Assembly: GCA_963664325.2 (NCBI GenBank)
Contig: CAXXDQ010000007.1
Coordinates: forward strand, 256,001 to 320,000
Reading direction: 5' to 3'
DNA length: 64,000 nt
Origin: Desulfomonilia bacterium
GTDB lineage: Bacteria; Desulfobacterota; Desulfomonilia; UBA1062
In this document: positions 1-9,831 of the stretch, piece after piece
How the letters are laid out: every line of letters starts with the position of its first letter
How positions within the stretch are numbered: position 1 is the stretch's first letter
The notes under the pieces: model-generated
What the model was told of the DNA's origin: nothing
Database searches by the model: none
Seen by the model: only the letters and a program-made list of their open reading frames with translations
Program-made: the position numbers and the translations under genes

Positions 1-1
1 T

Positions 2-223
2 GTATGCGTACTTCAGACCGTTCTTGATCTCATTCAAAAAGGCTACAACCCGGTTGTAGCATCCGATGCCGTTCTTTCACGCAATGCCTCCGACAGGATT
101 GCCGCAATCGAAGCCATGAGGGATGCAGGTGCAGTAGTATATCCGACCGAGACGATAGCCTTCATGCTTCTGGAAAAGGCTGGAACATCCGAATTCAAAC
201 AGCTTTCACCGCTTTTCAAGTAA
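2..223 (+). CDS. Isochorismatase-family hydrolase, 3' part (cut by window edge)
   Basis: Manual translation VCVLQTVLDL...VVASDAVLSR...TETIAFMLLEKAGTSEFK resembles the C-terminus of YcaC/ISOC-like hydrolases; TAA at 221-223. Confidence 0.8.
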   Translation, partial: VCVLQTVLDLIQKGYNPVVASDAVLSRNASDRIAAIEAMRDAGAVVYPTETIAFMLLEKAGTSEFKQLSPLFK

Positions 224-240
224 CATTTTGGAGGTTGACT

Positions 241-2169
241 ATGGGTAAAGGTTATATGGGAAAAATATTGTGGGTCGATTTAACCTCAGGAGAAATCAAA
301 GAGGAGATCATTCCAGACGATGTCTATGAAAGATACCTGGCCGGCCTTGGACTGGGTGCTCATATCTGTTATGAAAGAATCCCGGCAGACGCAGACCCGC
401 TTGGCCCGGATAACATACTCGGAATACTGCCCGGGCTTTTAACCGGGACAGGCAGCATTTTTTCAGGCAGATGGATGGTCGTCGGAAAATCACCCCTGAC
501 CGGCGGATGGGGTGATGCAAATTGCGGCGGAACATTTGCACCGGCAATTAAACGTTCGGGATATGATGGTATATTTTTTACAGGTATCAGTGAAAGACCG
601 GTTTATCTTCATATAAAAGACGGCAGGGCCGAACTTAAAGATGCATCGAGATACTGGGGTAAAGATGCGGTTGAATCGGAAGAGGCTTTTATTGAAGAAC
701 ACGGCAAAAACGCCAAAGTTGCGGTGATAGGTCCAGCAGGCGAAAGACTGTCTCTGATTGCAGGCGTCTGCAACGAAAAGGGCAGAATCGCAGCCCGCTC
801 CGGGCTTGGCGCTGTCATGGGTTCAAAGCGACTCAAAGCGGTTGTTCTCGACGGTAAACAGCGAATTGAAATCACCAACAAATCCCGGATGAAAGACCTT
901 ACCGAAAAGAGCCTCAAGTTCATCAATATAAAGATCCCCCTTCCTGGAGGATGGTTCCTTCCTCTGGTTGGTGCAATGATGCGGATGATGCCCACGCAGA
1001 TGATGCAGGACGGCTTTTTATTCAAGCTTCTCTTGTCGAAGTGGGGTACTATTTTCCAGAACCAGTACTCACTTGAGGCCGGCGACTCTCCAGTAAAAAA
1101 CTGGAAGGGAAGTCTCATTGATTACAACAGAAAAAAGTCATCCAGGACCAATCCTGATCTTATCTGCAACAGGGAATTAAAGAAATACCACTGCTACTCT
1201 TGTCCGATAGGCTGCGGGGGGATATGCAGCATGAAAGGCAAGTATCACGAGACGCACAAGCCCGAGTATGAGACGGTTCTGGCGCTCGGCGGGCTTTTAA
1301 TGAATGATGACCTCGAAAGCATTTTTTACTTGAATGAATACCTCAACCGTGCGGGCATGGATTCAATATCGGCTGGCGGCACAATAGCCTTTGCCATGGA
1401 ATGTTTTGAAAATGGCATACTTACAAAAGAGGATACGGGAGGGCTTGATCTTTCATGGGGAAAGAGTGACGCGATAATCAAGCTGGCAGAGATGATGGTC
1501 GAGCGCAGCGGTATAGGCGATATCCTGGCGGACGGTTCGAAAAAGGCATCCGAGAAGATCGGCAGGGGCAGTAATGATTATGCAATCACTGCAGGCGGTC
1601 AGGAACTGCCGATGCACGACAGCAGGAACGATCCGGGCTATGCACTTCATTACAGCGCGGAGCCTACCCCCGGAAGGCATACAATAGGCTCTCAGCTTGG
1701 ATATGAAATGTATCAGCTCTGGAAGATGGTTTCCGGCATGCCCAAACCGATACACTTCTATCACAAGAATTCAAAATATTTGGTTGATGAAAGAAAGGCA
1801 AAAATGGCAAAGGCCTGCAGCGACTATATGAACGTAATAAATGCAAGCGGCCTGTGCTGGTTCGGCGCCATGATGGGGTGCACGAGAGTTCCCACATTTG
1901 ACTGGCTGAATGCAGCCACAGGCTGGAATAAGTCGGCGGACGAGTACATGGAAATTGGTGCACGTATTCAGACAACCAAGCAGGCATTCAATGTAAAGCA
2001 CGGAATCGATCCAGTCTCGTTCAGGATTAAGGACCGCTGTGTCGGCGTTCCAACGCTTACCGAAGGTGCAAATAAGGGACGAAAGGTTGATGTCGATGGA
2101 CTTATGAACACTTACTGGAAGGAATACGGCTGGGATGAGAAAGGCAGGCCCGCCTCCGACTCATATTAA
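241..2169 (+). CDS. aor: Aldehyde:ferredoxin oxidoreductase family (W/Mo-pterin)
   Basis: GYMGKILWVDL, KSPLTGGWGDAN, GRIAARSGLGAVMGSKRLKA, CYSCPIGC, PEYET motifs; GGAGG before ATG 241. Confidence 0.92.
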   Translation: MGKGYMGKILWVDLTSGEIKEEIIPDDVYERYLAGLGLGAHICYERIPADADPLGPDNILGILPGLLTGTGSIFSGRWMVVGKSPLTGGWGDANCGGTFAPAIKRSGYDGIFFTGISERPVYLHIKDGRAELKDASRYWGKDAVESEEAFIEEHGKNAKVAVIGPAGERLSLIAGVCNEKGRIAARSGLGAVMGSKRLKAVVLDGKQRIEITNKSRMKDLTEKSLKFINIKIPLPGGWFLPLVGAMMRMMPTQMMQDGFLFKLLLSKWGTIFQNQYSLEAGDSPVKNWKGSLIDYNRKKSSRTNPDLICNRELKKYHCYSCPIGCGGICSMKGKYHETHKPEYETVLALGGLLMNDDLESIFYLNEYLNRAGMDSISAGGTIAFAMECFENGILTKEDTGGLDLSWGKSDAIIKLAEMMVERSGIGDILADGSKKASEKIGRGSNDYAITAGGQELPMHDSRNDPGYALHYSAEPTPGRHTIGSQLGYEMYQLWKMVSGMPKPIHFYHKNSKYLVDERKAKMAKACSDYMNVINASGLCWFGAMMGCTRVPTFDWLNAATGWNKSADEYMEIGARIQTTKQAFNVKHGIDPVSFRIKDRCVGVPTLTEGANKGRKVDVDGLMNTYWKEYGWDEKGRPASDSY

Positions 2170-2322
2170 TATAGTCCATTTTACTATAAACTGTTCTTGG
2201 AGCAAATCTTCTTTTTGCATATTTATTTTCAGTATGTAGAGCATTTAAGCTGAATCATCACGGTTCAGCTTGGCTGATTTTCTATTTTGATTTTACCTAT
2301 GAGAAAGTACAGCAAAAAGACC

Positions 2323-2351
2323 TTGAAAGACAAAAACTTGTATGCTAAAGG
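2323..2351 (+). promoter_or_regulatory. Putative sigma70 promoter of the rpsB-tsf operon
   Basis: TTGAAA-17 nt-TAAAGG with extended TG, directly upstream of the rpsB leader. Confidence 0.5.
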
Positions 2352-2360
2352 GCTTGCTCT

Positions 2361-2440
2361 ATAACACACGCCCGGCTTTAATAAAGGTTTCATGGTGTCC
2401 TTAAAAGGATAGGAACCTGGAAAGGGCGGAGGACAAAAAA
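2361..2440 (+). ncRNA. rpsB 5' leader (S2 autoregulatory, t44-like element)
   Basis: ACACACG...GGTG...CGGAGG signature, CGCCC/GGGCG closing stem and internal hairpins, immediately upstream of rpsB. Confidence 0.65.
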
Positions 2441-2455
2441 CCAGAAGGAGGCAGC

Positions 2456-3304
2456 ATGCCGGCAGTAAGTATGAAACAGCTCCTGGAAGCAGGAGTCCAT
2501 TTCGGACATCAGACACCCCGTTGGAATCCGTTGATGAAACCGTATATTTTCGGTGCGCGAAACGGCATTCACATCATCGATCTTCAAAAAACAGAAAAAC
2601 TCTTTGATTCTGCTTGCGAGTTTATTAAAAATGCCACGGCCAATGGCGGCAAGGTTCTTATGGTCGGCACGAAAAAACAGGCGCAGGACGCAATCGAGGA
2701 AGAATCCCAGAAATGCAACGCATTCTATGTCAACCACAGATGGCTCGGCGGAACCCTGACTAATTTTGCCACGATCCGTAAGAGCATAGACAAGCTCAAG
2801 TGGCTTGAGATGATTATTGATAATAACACCATAAACAATTACCCCAAGAAAGAACAGATCAGCATGAAAAGGCACAAGATGAAGCTTGACAGGTCCCTGT
2901 CAGGCATCAAATCAATGGAAAAGCTACCTTCGGTCCTTTTCATCGTCGATCCCTCAAGAGAGTATATTGCAGTAAGTGAAGCAAGAAGGCTTAATATTCC
3001 GATAGTGGCCATTGTCGATACGAACTGCAACCCGTCATTGATCGACTATGTCATCCCCGGCAATGATGACGCCATAAGGGCGATCAGGCTGTTTACGTCA
3101 AAAGTTGCGGATTCCATACTTGAGGGATCATCAATATTCGATGAAAAACTTCAGGGTATGGCACCCGAGGAGAAGGCTGAAATCGCAGCAACACCTGAAG
3201 AGAAGAAGCGGAAAAAGAAAGAACGCATTGAAGACATAACCGAAGGTGTAGAGATCATAGTTAAAGAAGAAACCGTAGAAGAGATTTACGCTGACGAGGC
3301 GTAA
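2456..3304 (+). CDS. rpsB: 30S ribosomal protein S2
   Basis: [32 protein letters not shown]. Confidence 0.99.
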   Translation: MPAVSMKQLLEAGVHFGHQTPRWNPLMKPYIFGARNGIHIIDLQKTEKLFDSACEFIKNATANGGKVLMVGTKKQAQDAIEEESQKCNAFYVNHRWLGGTLTNFATIRKSIDKLKWLEMIIDNNTINNYPKKEQISMKRHKMKLDRSLSGIKSMEKLPSVLFIVDPSREYIAVSEARRLNIPIVAIVDTNCNPSLIDYVIPGNDDAIRAIRLFTSKVADSILEGSSIFDEKLQGMAPEEKAEIAATPEEKKRKKKERIEDITEGVEIIVKEETVEEIYADEA

Positions 3305-3331
3305 TATCAGATAAATATCCGGAGGCATTGA

Positions 3332-3931
3332 ATGGAAATTACATCGGAAATAGTAATGAAATTAAGAAATAAAACGGGCGTTGGAATGATGGACTGCAAA
3401 AAAGCGCTTGTAGAAACGAGTGGAGATTTTGAAAAGTCTGTCGAACTTCTCAGGAAGAAAGGGATGGAAGTTGCAACTAAACGTGCAGGCAAAACGGCAT
3501 CCCAGGGTGTCGTTGCCAGTTATATCCATCTGGGCGGCAAGGTCGGCGTGCTTCTCGAAGTCAATTGCGAGAGTGATTTCGTTGCCAAAGGCGAGGCTTT
3601 CCAGACATTTGTAAAGGATGTTTCAATGCACATCGCAGCCGCGAAGCCCCAGTGGATAAGCAGGGATGATGTACCGGCCGGCATACTTGAAAAAGAAAAG
3701 GCGATATTAAAAGACCAGGCGCTTGCCACAGGTAAGCCTGAAAAGGTTATTGAGAAGATTGTCGAAGGAAAAGTCGGCAAATTTTTCTCGGAGAACTGCC
3801 TTCTTGAGCAGCCTTTTGTGAAGGATACGGACAGGTCAATACAGCAGTATCTTGATGAACTTGTCGGAAAAACCGGCGAGAAGTGCGTTATAAGACGGTT
3901 TGCACGTTATGAAATGGGAGAAGAGCTTTAA
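3332..3931 (+). CDS. tsf: Elongation factor Ts (short form)
   Basis: LRNKTGVGMMDCKKAL, EVNCESDFVA; follows rpsB. Confidence 0.99.
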   Translation: MEITSEIVMKLRNKTGVGMMDCKKALVETSGDFEKSVELLRKKGMEVATKRAGKTASQGVVASYIHLGGKVGVLLEVNCESDFVAKGEAFQTFVKDVSMHIAAAKPQWISRDDVPAGILEKEKAILKDQALATGKPEKVIEKIVEGKVGKFFSENCLLEQPFVKDTDRSIQQYLDELVGKTGEKCVIRRFARYEMGEEL

Positions 3932-4648
3932 GTGCAAAAGAAAATTAAACGCATATTACTTAAACTCAGCGGAGAGGCTCTTTCTGGCAAAAAGGACTAC
4001 GGCCTTGATCCGGAGGCTCTTTCCCTGATGGCACGCTGCGTCAAGGATGCCTGTGACCATGGTGCACAGGTAGGAGTGGTCATTGGCGGCGGAAATATAT
4101 TGAGAGGTGCCGGCAGCTCTGTAGCAGCCGACAGGGTGAGTGCAGATACAATGGGAATGCTGGCCACTGTCATAAACGCCCTGGCCCTTAAGGACGCCCT
4201 TGATAGAATCGGTATTGATGCCAGAGTGCTCACAGCTCTTGAGATGCCGAAGGTTGCTGAAACAATGACAAAAGCCCATGCTGTTGAACACCTTAATGCA
4301 GGCAGGGTGGTAATATTCGGCGGCGGCACCGGAAACCCGTTTTTCACCACAGACACTAATGCAGCTCTCAGGGCTCTTGAAATTGAAGCTGATTTGCTTA
4401 TCAAGGCCACGAAGGTCGACGGGGTTTATGACAAAGACCCGGTCAAGCATAAAGATGCGGTCTTTTTATCTGACATCGATTACAACGAGGCGCTTTCGAA
4501 GAACCTCGGTATCATGGATGCGACGGCAATTGCCCTGTGCAGGGAAAACAACCTGCCGATCAGGGTTATAAACATCAAGGTTCCAGGGAATGTAGCAAAA
4601 CTTGTTCGGGGGGAGAATATAGGATCTGTAGTACGGAGGAGGAATTGA
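3932..4648 (+). CDS. pyrH: UMP kinase
   Basis: RILLKLSGEAL, GTGNPFFTTD, TKVDGVYDKDP; GTG start. Confidence 0.98.
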   Translation: MQKKIKRILLKLSGEALSGKKDYGLDPEALSLMARCVKDACDHGAQVGVVIGGGNILRGAGSSVAADRVSADTMGMLATVINALALKDALDRIGIDARVLTALEMPKVAETMTKAHAVEHLNAGRVVIFGGGTGNPFFTTDTNAALRALEIEADLLIKATKVDGVYDKDPVKHKDAVFLSDIDYNEALSKNLGIMDATAIALCRENNLPIRVINIKVPGNVAKLVRGENIGSVVRRRN

Positions 4649-5205
4649 TGATTAAGGACGTTCTGGATGATATAAAGAAAGACATGACCAAAGCCGTTGA
4701 TTCCATGAAACACGGGCTGACAAAGATCAGGACAGGCAGGGCATCCATAAGCCTCCTGGACGGATTGATGGCAGATTACTACGGAACGCCTACACCGATA
4801 AATCAGCTTGCAACACTTTCCACGCCGGAACCAAGGCTTATAGCTGTTCAGCCATGGGACAAAGGGGCCTTCCAACCGATAGAAAAAGCAATTTTGAAAA
4901 GTGAGCTAGGGCTTACTCCGCAGAATGACGGGAAAATGATAAGAATTCCCATCCCCCCACTTAACGAGGAAAGAAGGCGCGATCTTGTTAAACTTATCAA
5001 GAAGATGGGAGAAGAATTCAAGGTGGAGATCCGTAACTACAGAAGAGACGGCAATGCCCTTTTGAAAGAGATGGAAAAGGAAAAAGAGATCAGCAAGGAT
5101 GATCTGATAAAAGGCCAGGAAGGTATTCAGGTTCTTACAGATGATTATATTAAAAAGCTTGATGTTCTCATGATGGAGAAAGAACACGAAATAATGGAAA
5201 TATAA
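4648..5205 (+). CDS. frr: Ribosome recycling factor
   Basis: IRTGRA, YYGTPTPINQLA, PPLNEERRRDLVK; ATG overlaps the pyrH stop (TGATG). Confidence 0.98.
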   Translation: MIKDVLDDIKKDMTKAVDSMKHGLTKIRTGRASISLLDGLMADYYGTPTPINQLATLSTPEPRLIAVQPWDKGAFQPIEKAILKSELGLTPQNDGKMIRIPIPPLNEERRRDLVKLIKKMGEEFKVEIRNYRRDGNALLKEMEKEKEISKDDLIKGQEGIQVLTDDYIKKLDVLMMEKEHEIMEI

Positions 5206-5255
5206 CCTTTCAATGTCAGGGTTATATAAAAATATGCATGAGAGGGACTACGATT

Positions 5256-5801
5256 ATGGAAAATCTTAATCTTGGAGGACAATACATGACTTACCCGCAG
5301 GAAACGCCCGAACTGGCAAGATTTATGATGTATTTCAAACCTTCTACCCTTGGAGAAATCAGGGTGCTTTCCCGTATGCTTAACATAGCTATGGTGGACT
5401 TTGTTTCCGCTGCAATGGAGGCATTCATTTTTGCCCGTGAATTTAAAATGGGAACACCGGTTCCGCCAAGGGGGAATGAAAGATTCATCGGCCCGAGGAC
5501 AGAACTGACAGGCAAGAGAATCCGTTATGTCATGAGGCTTAATAAGGAATCGGTTGAAAAAATACGCGATATAGCTTTTATGGACAACCGCAGGTTCACG
5601 AATATCTGCGATGAGGTCCTTTCAGATTTTATTGTTTATACAAAAGAAGTGAAGAATTTTAAAAATGTATGGCTTTCCAGATCGGATGTCGAGGCAGTAA
5701 GGGGCCGCAAGGGGGCAAAGGCTGTTCAGACAGTCGCAGAAATCCTTGACAGTTTCAAAACCGGGATAATATCTGCCGGAAAATCATTGAAAACGGCTTA
5801 A
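5256..5801 (+). CDS. Hypothetical protein, possibly with two ribbon-helix-helix DNA-binding units
   Basis: Two segments with beta-alpha-alpha pattern (ARFMMYFKPSTLGEIR...VSAAMEAFI and RIRYVMRLNKESVEKIR...ICDEVLSDFI); start uncertain (5238, 5256 or 5286). Confidence 0.55.
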   Translation: MENLNLGGQYMTYPQETPELARFMMYFKPSTLGEIRVLSRMLNIAMVDFVSAAMEAFIFAREFKMGTPVPPRGNERFIGPRTELTGKRIRYVMRLNKESVEKIRDIAFMDNRRFTNICDEVLSDFIVYTKEVKNFKNVWLSRSDVEAVRGRKGAKAVQTVAEILDSFKTGIISAGKSLKTA

Positions 5802-5816
5802 CCTCATAAGGGCATT

Positions 5817-7328
5817 ATGCTCAAACTTCCCGGTTCCGAGCTGAAAAAGACAGACCTCAACCGTCTTCTTGCGGCAACGGTGATCGGGGGCCTTTCTTCC
5901 GCACTGTTCTATACAATATTCGGATTTATCTTCTGCAGGTACCATGCCGGCCGTATTTCAGCCGAGATGTCGCTTTTAGCTTCAAACCAGATGACCCTGA
6001 TAATAAGGCCAGATGATCCTTACCTCACATCTTTTATGCACCAGCTCGGAAGCGGCTCGTTCTTCGGACTGACCCTGGGCCTCCTGATAGGAATTGTTGC
6101 CGCAGCGGCAGGGGTAGCAATATGGTTTACTGCAGGCGATTCGGCTTTTTTAAAAATTATTCAGGCACTGCTTATGGCAATTGTGACGGCGTTTGCCATA
6201 ATATCGGGATACAGCAGGGAGCTACCTTACGTATCGGTAATATTCGGCATCCTTTCACCTGTAGCCTTCTTTGTCCCATGGCTGTTAATAACCAAAAAGA
6301 CTAAAGACAAAACCAATTCCTACATCACCTGGATTGTTTTTCTGGCGGTTATATGCACCCCTCTTCTGCTGGCAAGCCGGTCTTTCGAACTTATCCGCGA
6401 CGCAATGGTTGATACTCCGATACTAAGGAATATAAACAATTTCTATTACGACCATACATTCCTTGCAGCCGATGTTATCAAGCCTCTTAATTTCAGGACA
6501 CAGAATGCGGTAGCGGTATCAAACAGGATCGGCGAAATAACAGGGTTGCCGCATGGAACCCTTATAATAAAAACAGACGATCCCTGCGCGGTTAAAGGTG
6601 CCGTCATTGCCGCTTCCGACAGCAGGCTTTCCTGCAGGTCGGTTCTCTTGAACGGCGGATATGGAATTGTATCTGCGGACAGGATATTAAAAGACGCGGC
6701 AGGAGATCCGAACAAGGCCTTGAGAAAAGGTATCGGGACTTTCCTGAAAGGGCCTGTCGGGCCGATTGTCATGGTTCCCGTTATCATTCTAGGATGGGCG
6801 GCTTTCGGCTTGTCATCTCTTTTTAAGAAAAATCCTCTTGCGGCAATATTTGTCACGGTCTGTTATCTTCTTATGTTTATTCCAGGATTCTATCATTCAT
6901 ATTTAAAAACGGCACTCTATTCCAATCCGTCCAAGATTCATGAATATTCATCATCCTCAAATCCCGCCAAGCGATACCTGAGTATTGTCTACATGCTGGA
7001 CAAAAAGATTGAACATACCGACGGCCTCTATCCTGATGAGCTCAAAGCCCTAGCAGCCGACAGCCAGGCCAGCACAAGACTGAACGCCCTTATTCTTGCC
7101 GGCGATCTTAAGGATGCCCAGTTTTCAGACCTCGTTAAAAAAGCGCTTAATGACACCCAGCTTAACGTAAGGACAAAGGCCTGCTGGGCCATTGGGAGAT
7201 TGGGGATGCCAGATGCGGCATCGATACTGGAAAGCGTAATCAAAAATGATCCTTCATGGTACGTAAGGGATTATGCCTATATGGGCCTGTCAAAAATAAA
7301 GCACGAGGCAAAAATTGTTCTCAGATGA
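5817..7328 (+). CDS. Polytopic membrane protein with C-terminal HEAT repeats
   Basis: Several hydrophobic helices; C-terminal LNDTQLNVRTKACWAIGRLG and DPSWYVRDYAYMGL HEAT-like repeats. Confidence 0.75.
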   Translation: MLKLPGSELKKTDLNRLLAATVIGGLSSALFYTIFGFIFCRYHAGRISAEMSLLASNQMTLIIRPDDPYLTSFMHQLGSGSFFGLTLGLLIGIVAAAAGVAIWFTAGDSAFLKIIQALLMAIVTAFAIISGYSRELPYVSVIFGILSPVAFFVPWLLITKKTKDKTNSYITWIVFLAVICTPLLLASRSFELIRDAMVDTPILRNINNFYYDHTFLAADVIKPLNFRTQNAVAVSNRIGEITGLPHGTLIIKTDDPCAVKGAVIAASDSRLSCRSVLLNGGYGIVSADRILKDAAGDPNKALRKGIGTFLKGPVGPIVMVPVIILGWAAFGLSSLFKKNPLAAIFVTVCYLLMFIPGFYHSYLKTALYSNPSKIHEYSSSSNPAKRYLSIVYMLDKKIEHTDGLYPDELKALAADSQASTRLNALILAGDLKDAQFSDLVKKALNDTQLNVRTKACWAIGRLGMPDAASILESVIKNDPSWYVRDYAYMGLSKIKHEAKIVLR

Positions 7329-7579
7329 TCTTGTTTACTAGCAACAAAGACCTTAAAAAACATTACATAAAAATTTGCGGCTGTGTTGGAGTAAATAAGT
7401 TGGGTAATTCAATGCTCGGCTTCCTGAACATTCATCCTGGGAATATTTATCAGCCCAACAGCATGATTTTTATAAATACTTTAATATAAACGAGTTTGAA
7501 TGAAGACTATCAGGTATTTCATGGTTGACGTTCACGATTAATTACCTGAAATCTTATATTAAAAGTCAGGAGGGAGCAT

Positions 7580-8461
7580 ATGGGATTCAATGAAACGAAT
7601 ATTGATGTTTTCCAGCCCGATAAAAAGACGAAACTGCAGGTATATGAATGGCTGCCTGATTCCAGTGTAAAAGCTGTATTTATTGCAGTCCACGGTGGCA
7701 TGGCCCATGCGGGCGACTGGGTGACACCGGCCATTTATTTCAAAGATAAAGGTGTGGCCACTTATGCATTCGACCTGCGCTGGCATGGAACATATCCCAA
7801 GCATAATCCCGATGGCAAAGTCTACTTCCATACGAATTCATATGAGGAAAACGTTTCCGACCTCGATGCCTTTTATGAATGGGTCAAGGCAAAACATCCC
7901 GGCAAACCGGTCTTTGTTATCTCTCACTCAAACGGTGCGCTCATTTCGCTTTTGTACGGTCTTACAACGGCCAAGAAGACTGATATAAGAGGTTTCATCG
8001 TTTCCTCGCCGTGGCTTAAGAATAAGGTGAAAGTCCCTGCAATAGTGGAAAAGATGGCTGGAATAATAGCTGCAATCCACCCTAAATTTACCGTGACTCC
8101 TCCTGATATCACGGATAAGCTTACCCATGATGAAAAGATTCATGCACGGCATATTGAAGACACTGAGCTGGGACTCCGGGGAACGACAGCCACCGCCAAA
8201 CTGGGAGCTGAAAGTGCCAAAACACAGGCCCGTGTTGTAGCCGGTCTTAAAAACTGGGAGCGCTTCCCGATGTTTGCAGTAATCGCGGGCGACGATTATC
8301 TGGCCGATCCGTCTGCAAGCAGAGATGCCCTTCAAACCGTGCCCGAAGGGCTTGTCACCCTCATGGTGCATGAAAAGAACTATCACGAGAATTTCAACGA
8401 GGTTAACCGGGAAGAGACCTTCGCAGCCATCTGGGACTGGATGCTTAAATACATAAAATGA
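7580..8461 (+). CDS. Lysophospholipase/monoglyceride lipase-like alpha/beta hydrolase
   Basis: VHGGMAH, FDLRWHG, nucleophile elbow SHSNG, C-terminal YHENFNE. Confidence 0.85.
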   Translation: MGFNETNIDVFQPDKKTKLQVYEWLPDSSVKAVFIAVHGGMAHAGDWVTPAIYFKDKGVATYAFDLRWHGTYPKHNPDGKVYFHTNSYEENVSDLDAFYEWVKAKHPGKPVFVISHSNGALISLLYGLTTAKKTDIRGFIVSSPWLKNKVKVPAIVEKMAGIIAAIHPKFTVTPPDITDKLTHDEKIHARHIEDTELGLRGTTATAKLGAESAKTQARVVAGLKNWERFPMFAVIAGDDYLADPSASRDALQTVPEGLVTLMVHEKNYHENFNEVNREETFAAIWDWMLKYIK

Positions 8462-8499
8462 TCGGCTGAAAAAAGTATTCCACCATGGGGAGTTTATTA

Positions 8500-9114
8500 A
8501 TGAATCCCAAAAGTAATTTTGCACTCAGCCGTTGCCCATGGGTTGACATGAGCAAACCTGATTATGTCGAATATCATGACAAGCAATGGGGAGTTCCGGT
8601 CTATGACGACAGGCTTATATTTGAATTCCTTACGCTCGAATCAGCACAGGCGGGTTTGAGTTGGTACACCGTCCTAAAAAAAAGGGAGAACTACCGGAAA
8701 GCATTTGAAAACTTCAAACCGGAGAAGATAATCCTCTTTGACAGCGAAAAGGTTGAAGCACTACTGCAGGATCAAGGAATTATCAGAAACCGCTTGAAAA
8801 TTGAATCGACAATAAACAATGCCCGCCGTTTCCTTGAAATCAAGGCCGAGTTCGGTAGCTTTTCAAAATACATATGGGAGTTTGTCGGAGGCAGACCGAT
8901 AATCAATGACATACGAAAATTATCCGACTATGCCGCTACCAGCAGAGAGTCGGATGCTCTCAGCAGGGACCTGAAAAAAAGAGGCTTCAAGTTCCTGGGT
9001 TCCACTGTATGCTATGCGCACATGCAGGCAACCGGCATGGTAAATGACCATTCTATCGATTGTTTCAGGAGAAGCGAGATAACAGGGAAATATAACAAGA
9101 TGTCAGGAGATTAG
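8500..9114 (+). CDS. tag: DNA-3-methyladenine glycosylase I
   Basis: RCPW...YHDKQWG, LESAQAGLSW, GIIRNRLKI, GMVNDHSIDC. Confidence 0.96.
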   Translation: MNPKSNFALSRCPWVDMSKPDYVEYHDKQWGVPVYDDRLIFEFLTLESAQAGLSWYTVLKKRENYRKAFENFKPEKIILFDSEKVEALLQDQGIIRNRLKIESTINNARRFLEIKAEFGSFSKYIWEFVGGRPIINDIRKLSDYAATSRESDALSRDLKKRGFKFLGSTVCYAHMQATGMVNDHSIDCFRRSEITGKYNKMSGD

Positions 9115-9353
9115 CACATTGAAGAGAAAACTCGCAGGATTAAAAAGATACATTTGCTGCTTTAACGAACCACGGCATGTCCTTTACGAACCCGCCATAC
9201 AGGATATTCTTAAATCAATAGGCGGCGAGTTCAACGTATTCTGGGCCAAAGGAGACATCATCCACCGGGCGTGTCCGCCTGCCCCAGGCCTCATGCCCGG
9301 CGGCATGTGCCTGAGGAGTAAATGAGGCAAGCCTGCCTCCCAGTTAAAGACAT

Positions 9354-9811
9354 ATGCGGGAAAACAAAAATATCATAATACGTGAGGCAGACCCGGGCGA
9401 CATCGAAGACATCTGCCGTCTGCTTGCCCTTCTTTTCAAGCAGGAAGCCGAGTTCGAACCCGATTATGCAAAACAGAAAAGAGGCGTCTCCGAGATAGTA
9501 TCGGATCTTCACAAGGGTATGTTTCTCGTCATAGAGGAAGCAGAACGAATAATAGCGCAAGCCTTCTGTTTCTGGTCTCCACAGCGCTTGGCGGAAAAGT
9601 CGCCATTCTTGAAGATATGGCCATCGAACCCGAAGCCAGGGGCTGTGGTCTCGGCTCTAAGCTGATTGATAAGGTTGTTGACTGTGCAAGAGAACAAGGA
9701 TGTCTGAGAATCACGGTCCTTACAGACAAGGACAACACAGTGTCACGGAAGCTTTATGAAAAATCCGGGTTCAAGCGTTCTCCGATGACGCCCATGCGGC
9801 TTTTATTATAA
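9354..9811 (+). pseudogene. GNAT N-acetyltransferase split by a frameshift near 9555
   Basis: N-half IIREADPGDI... continues in another frame as ASLLFLVSTALGGKVAILEDMAIEPEARGCGLGSKL...LYEKSGF. Confidence 0.8.
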
Positions 9812-9831
9812 CAAGTTGAGTATGAGATTCC

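Noticed and set aside
4537-4647. N-terminal extension of frr in the ORF track; similar extensions for uxaB (10452), arnB (29791), clpX (58968) and trmN6 (61878)
   Set aside because: They overlap neighbouring genes; downstream ATGs fit the RBS or coupling pattern and family length
9119-9325. 68 aa ORF between tag and the GNAT gene
   Set aside because: TTG start, no clear RBS, no recognisable motif; may be a gene fragment but cannot be supported
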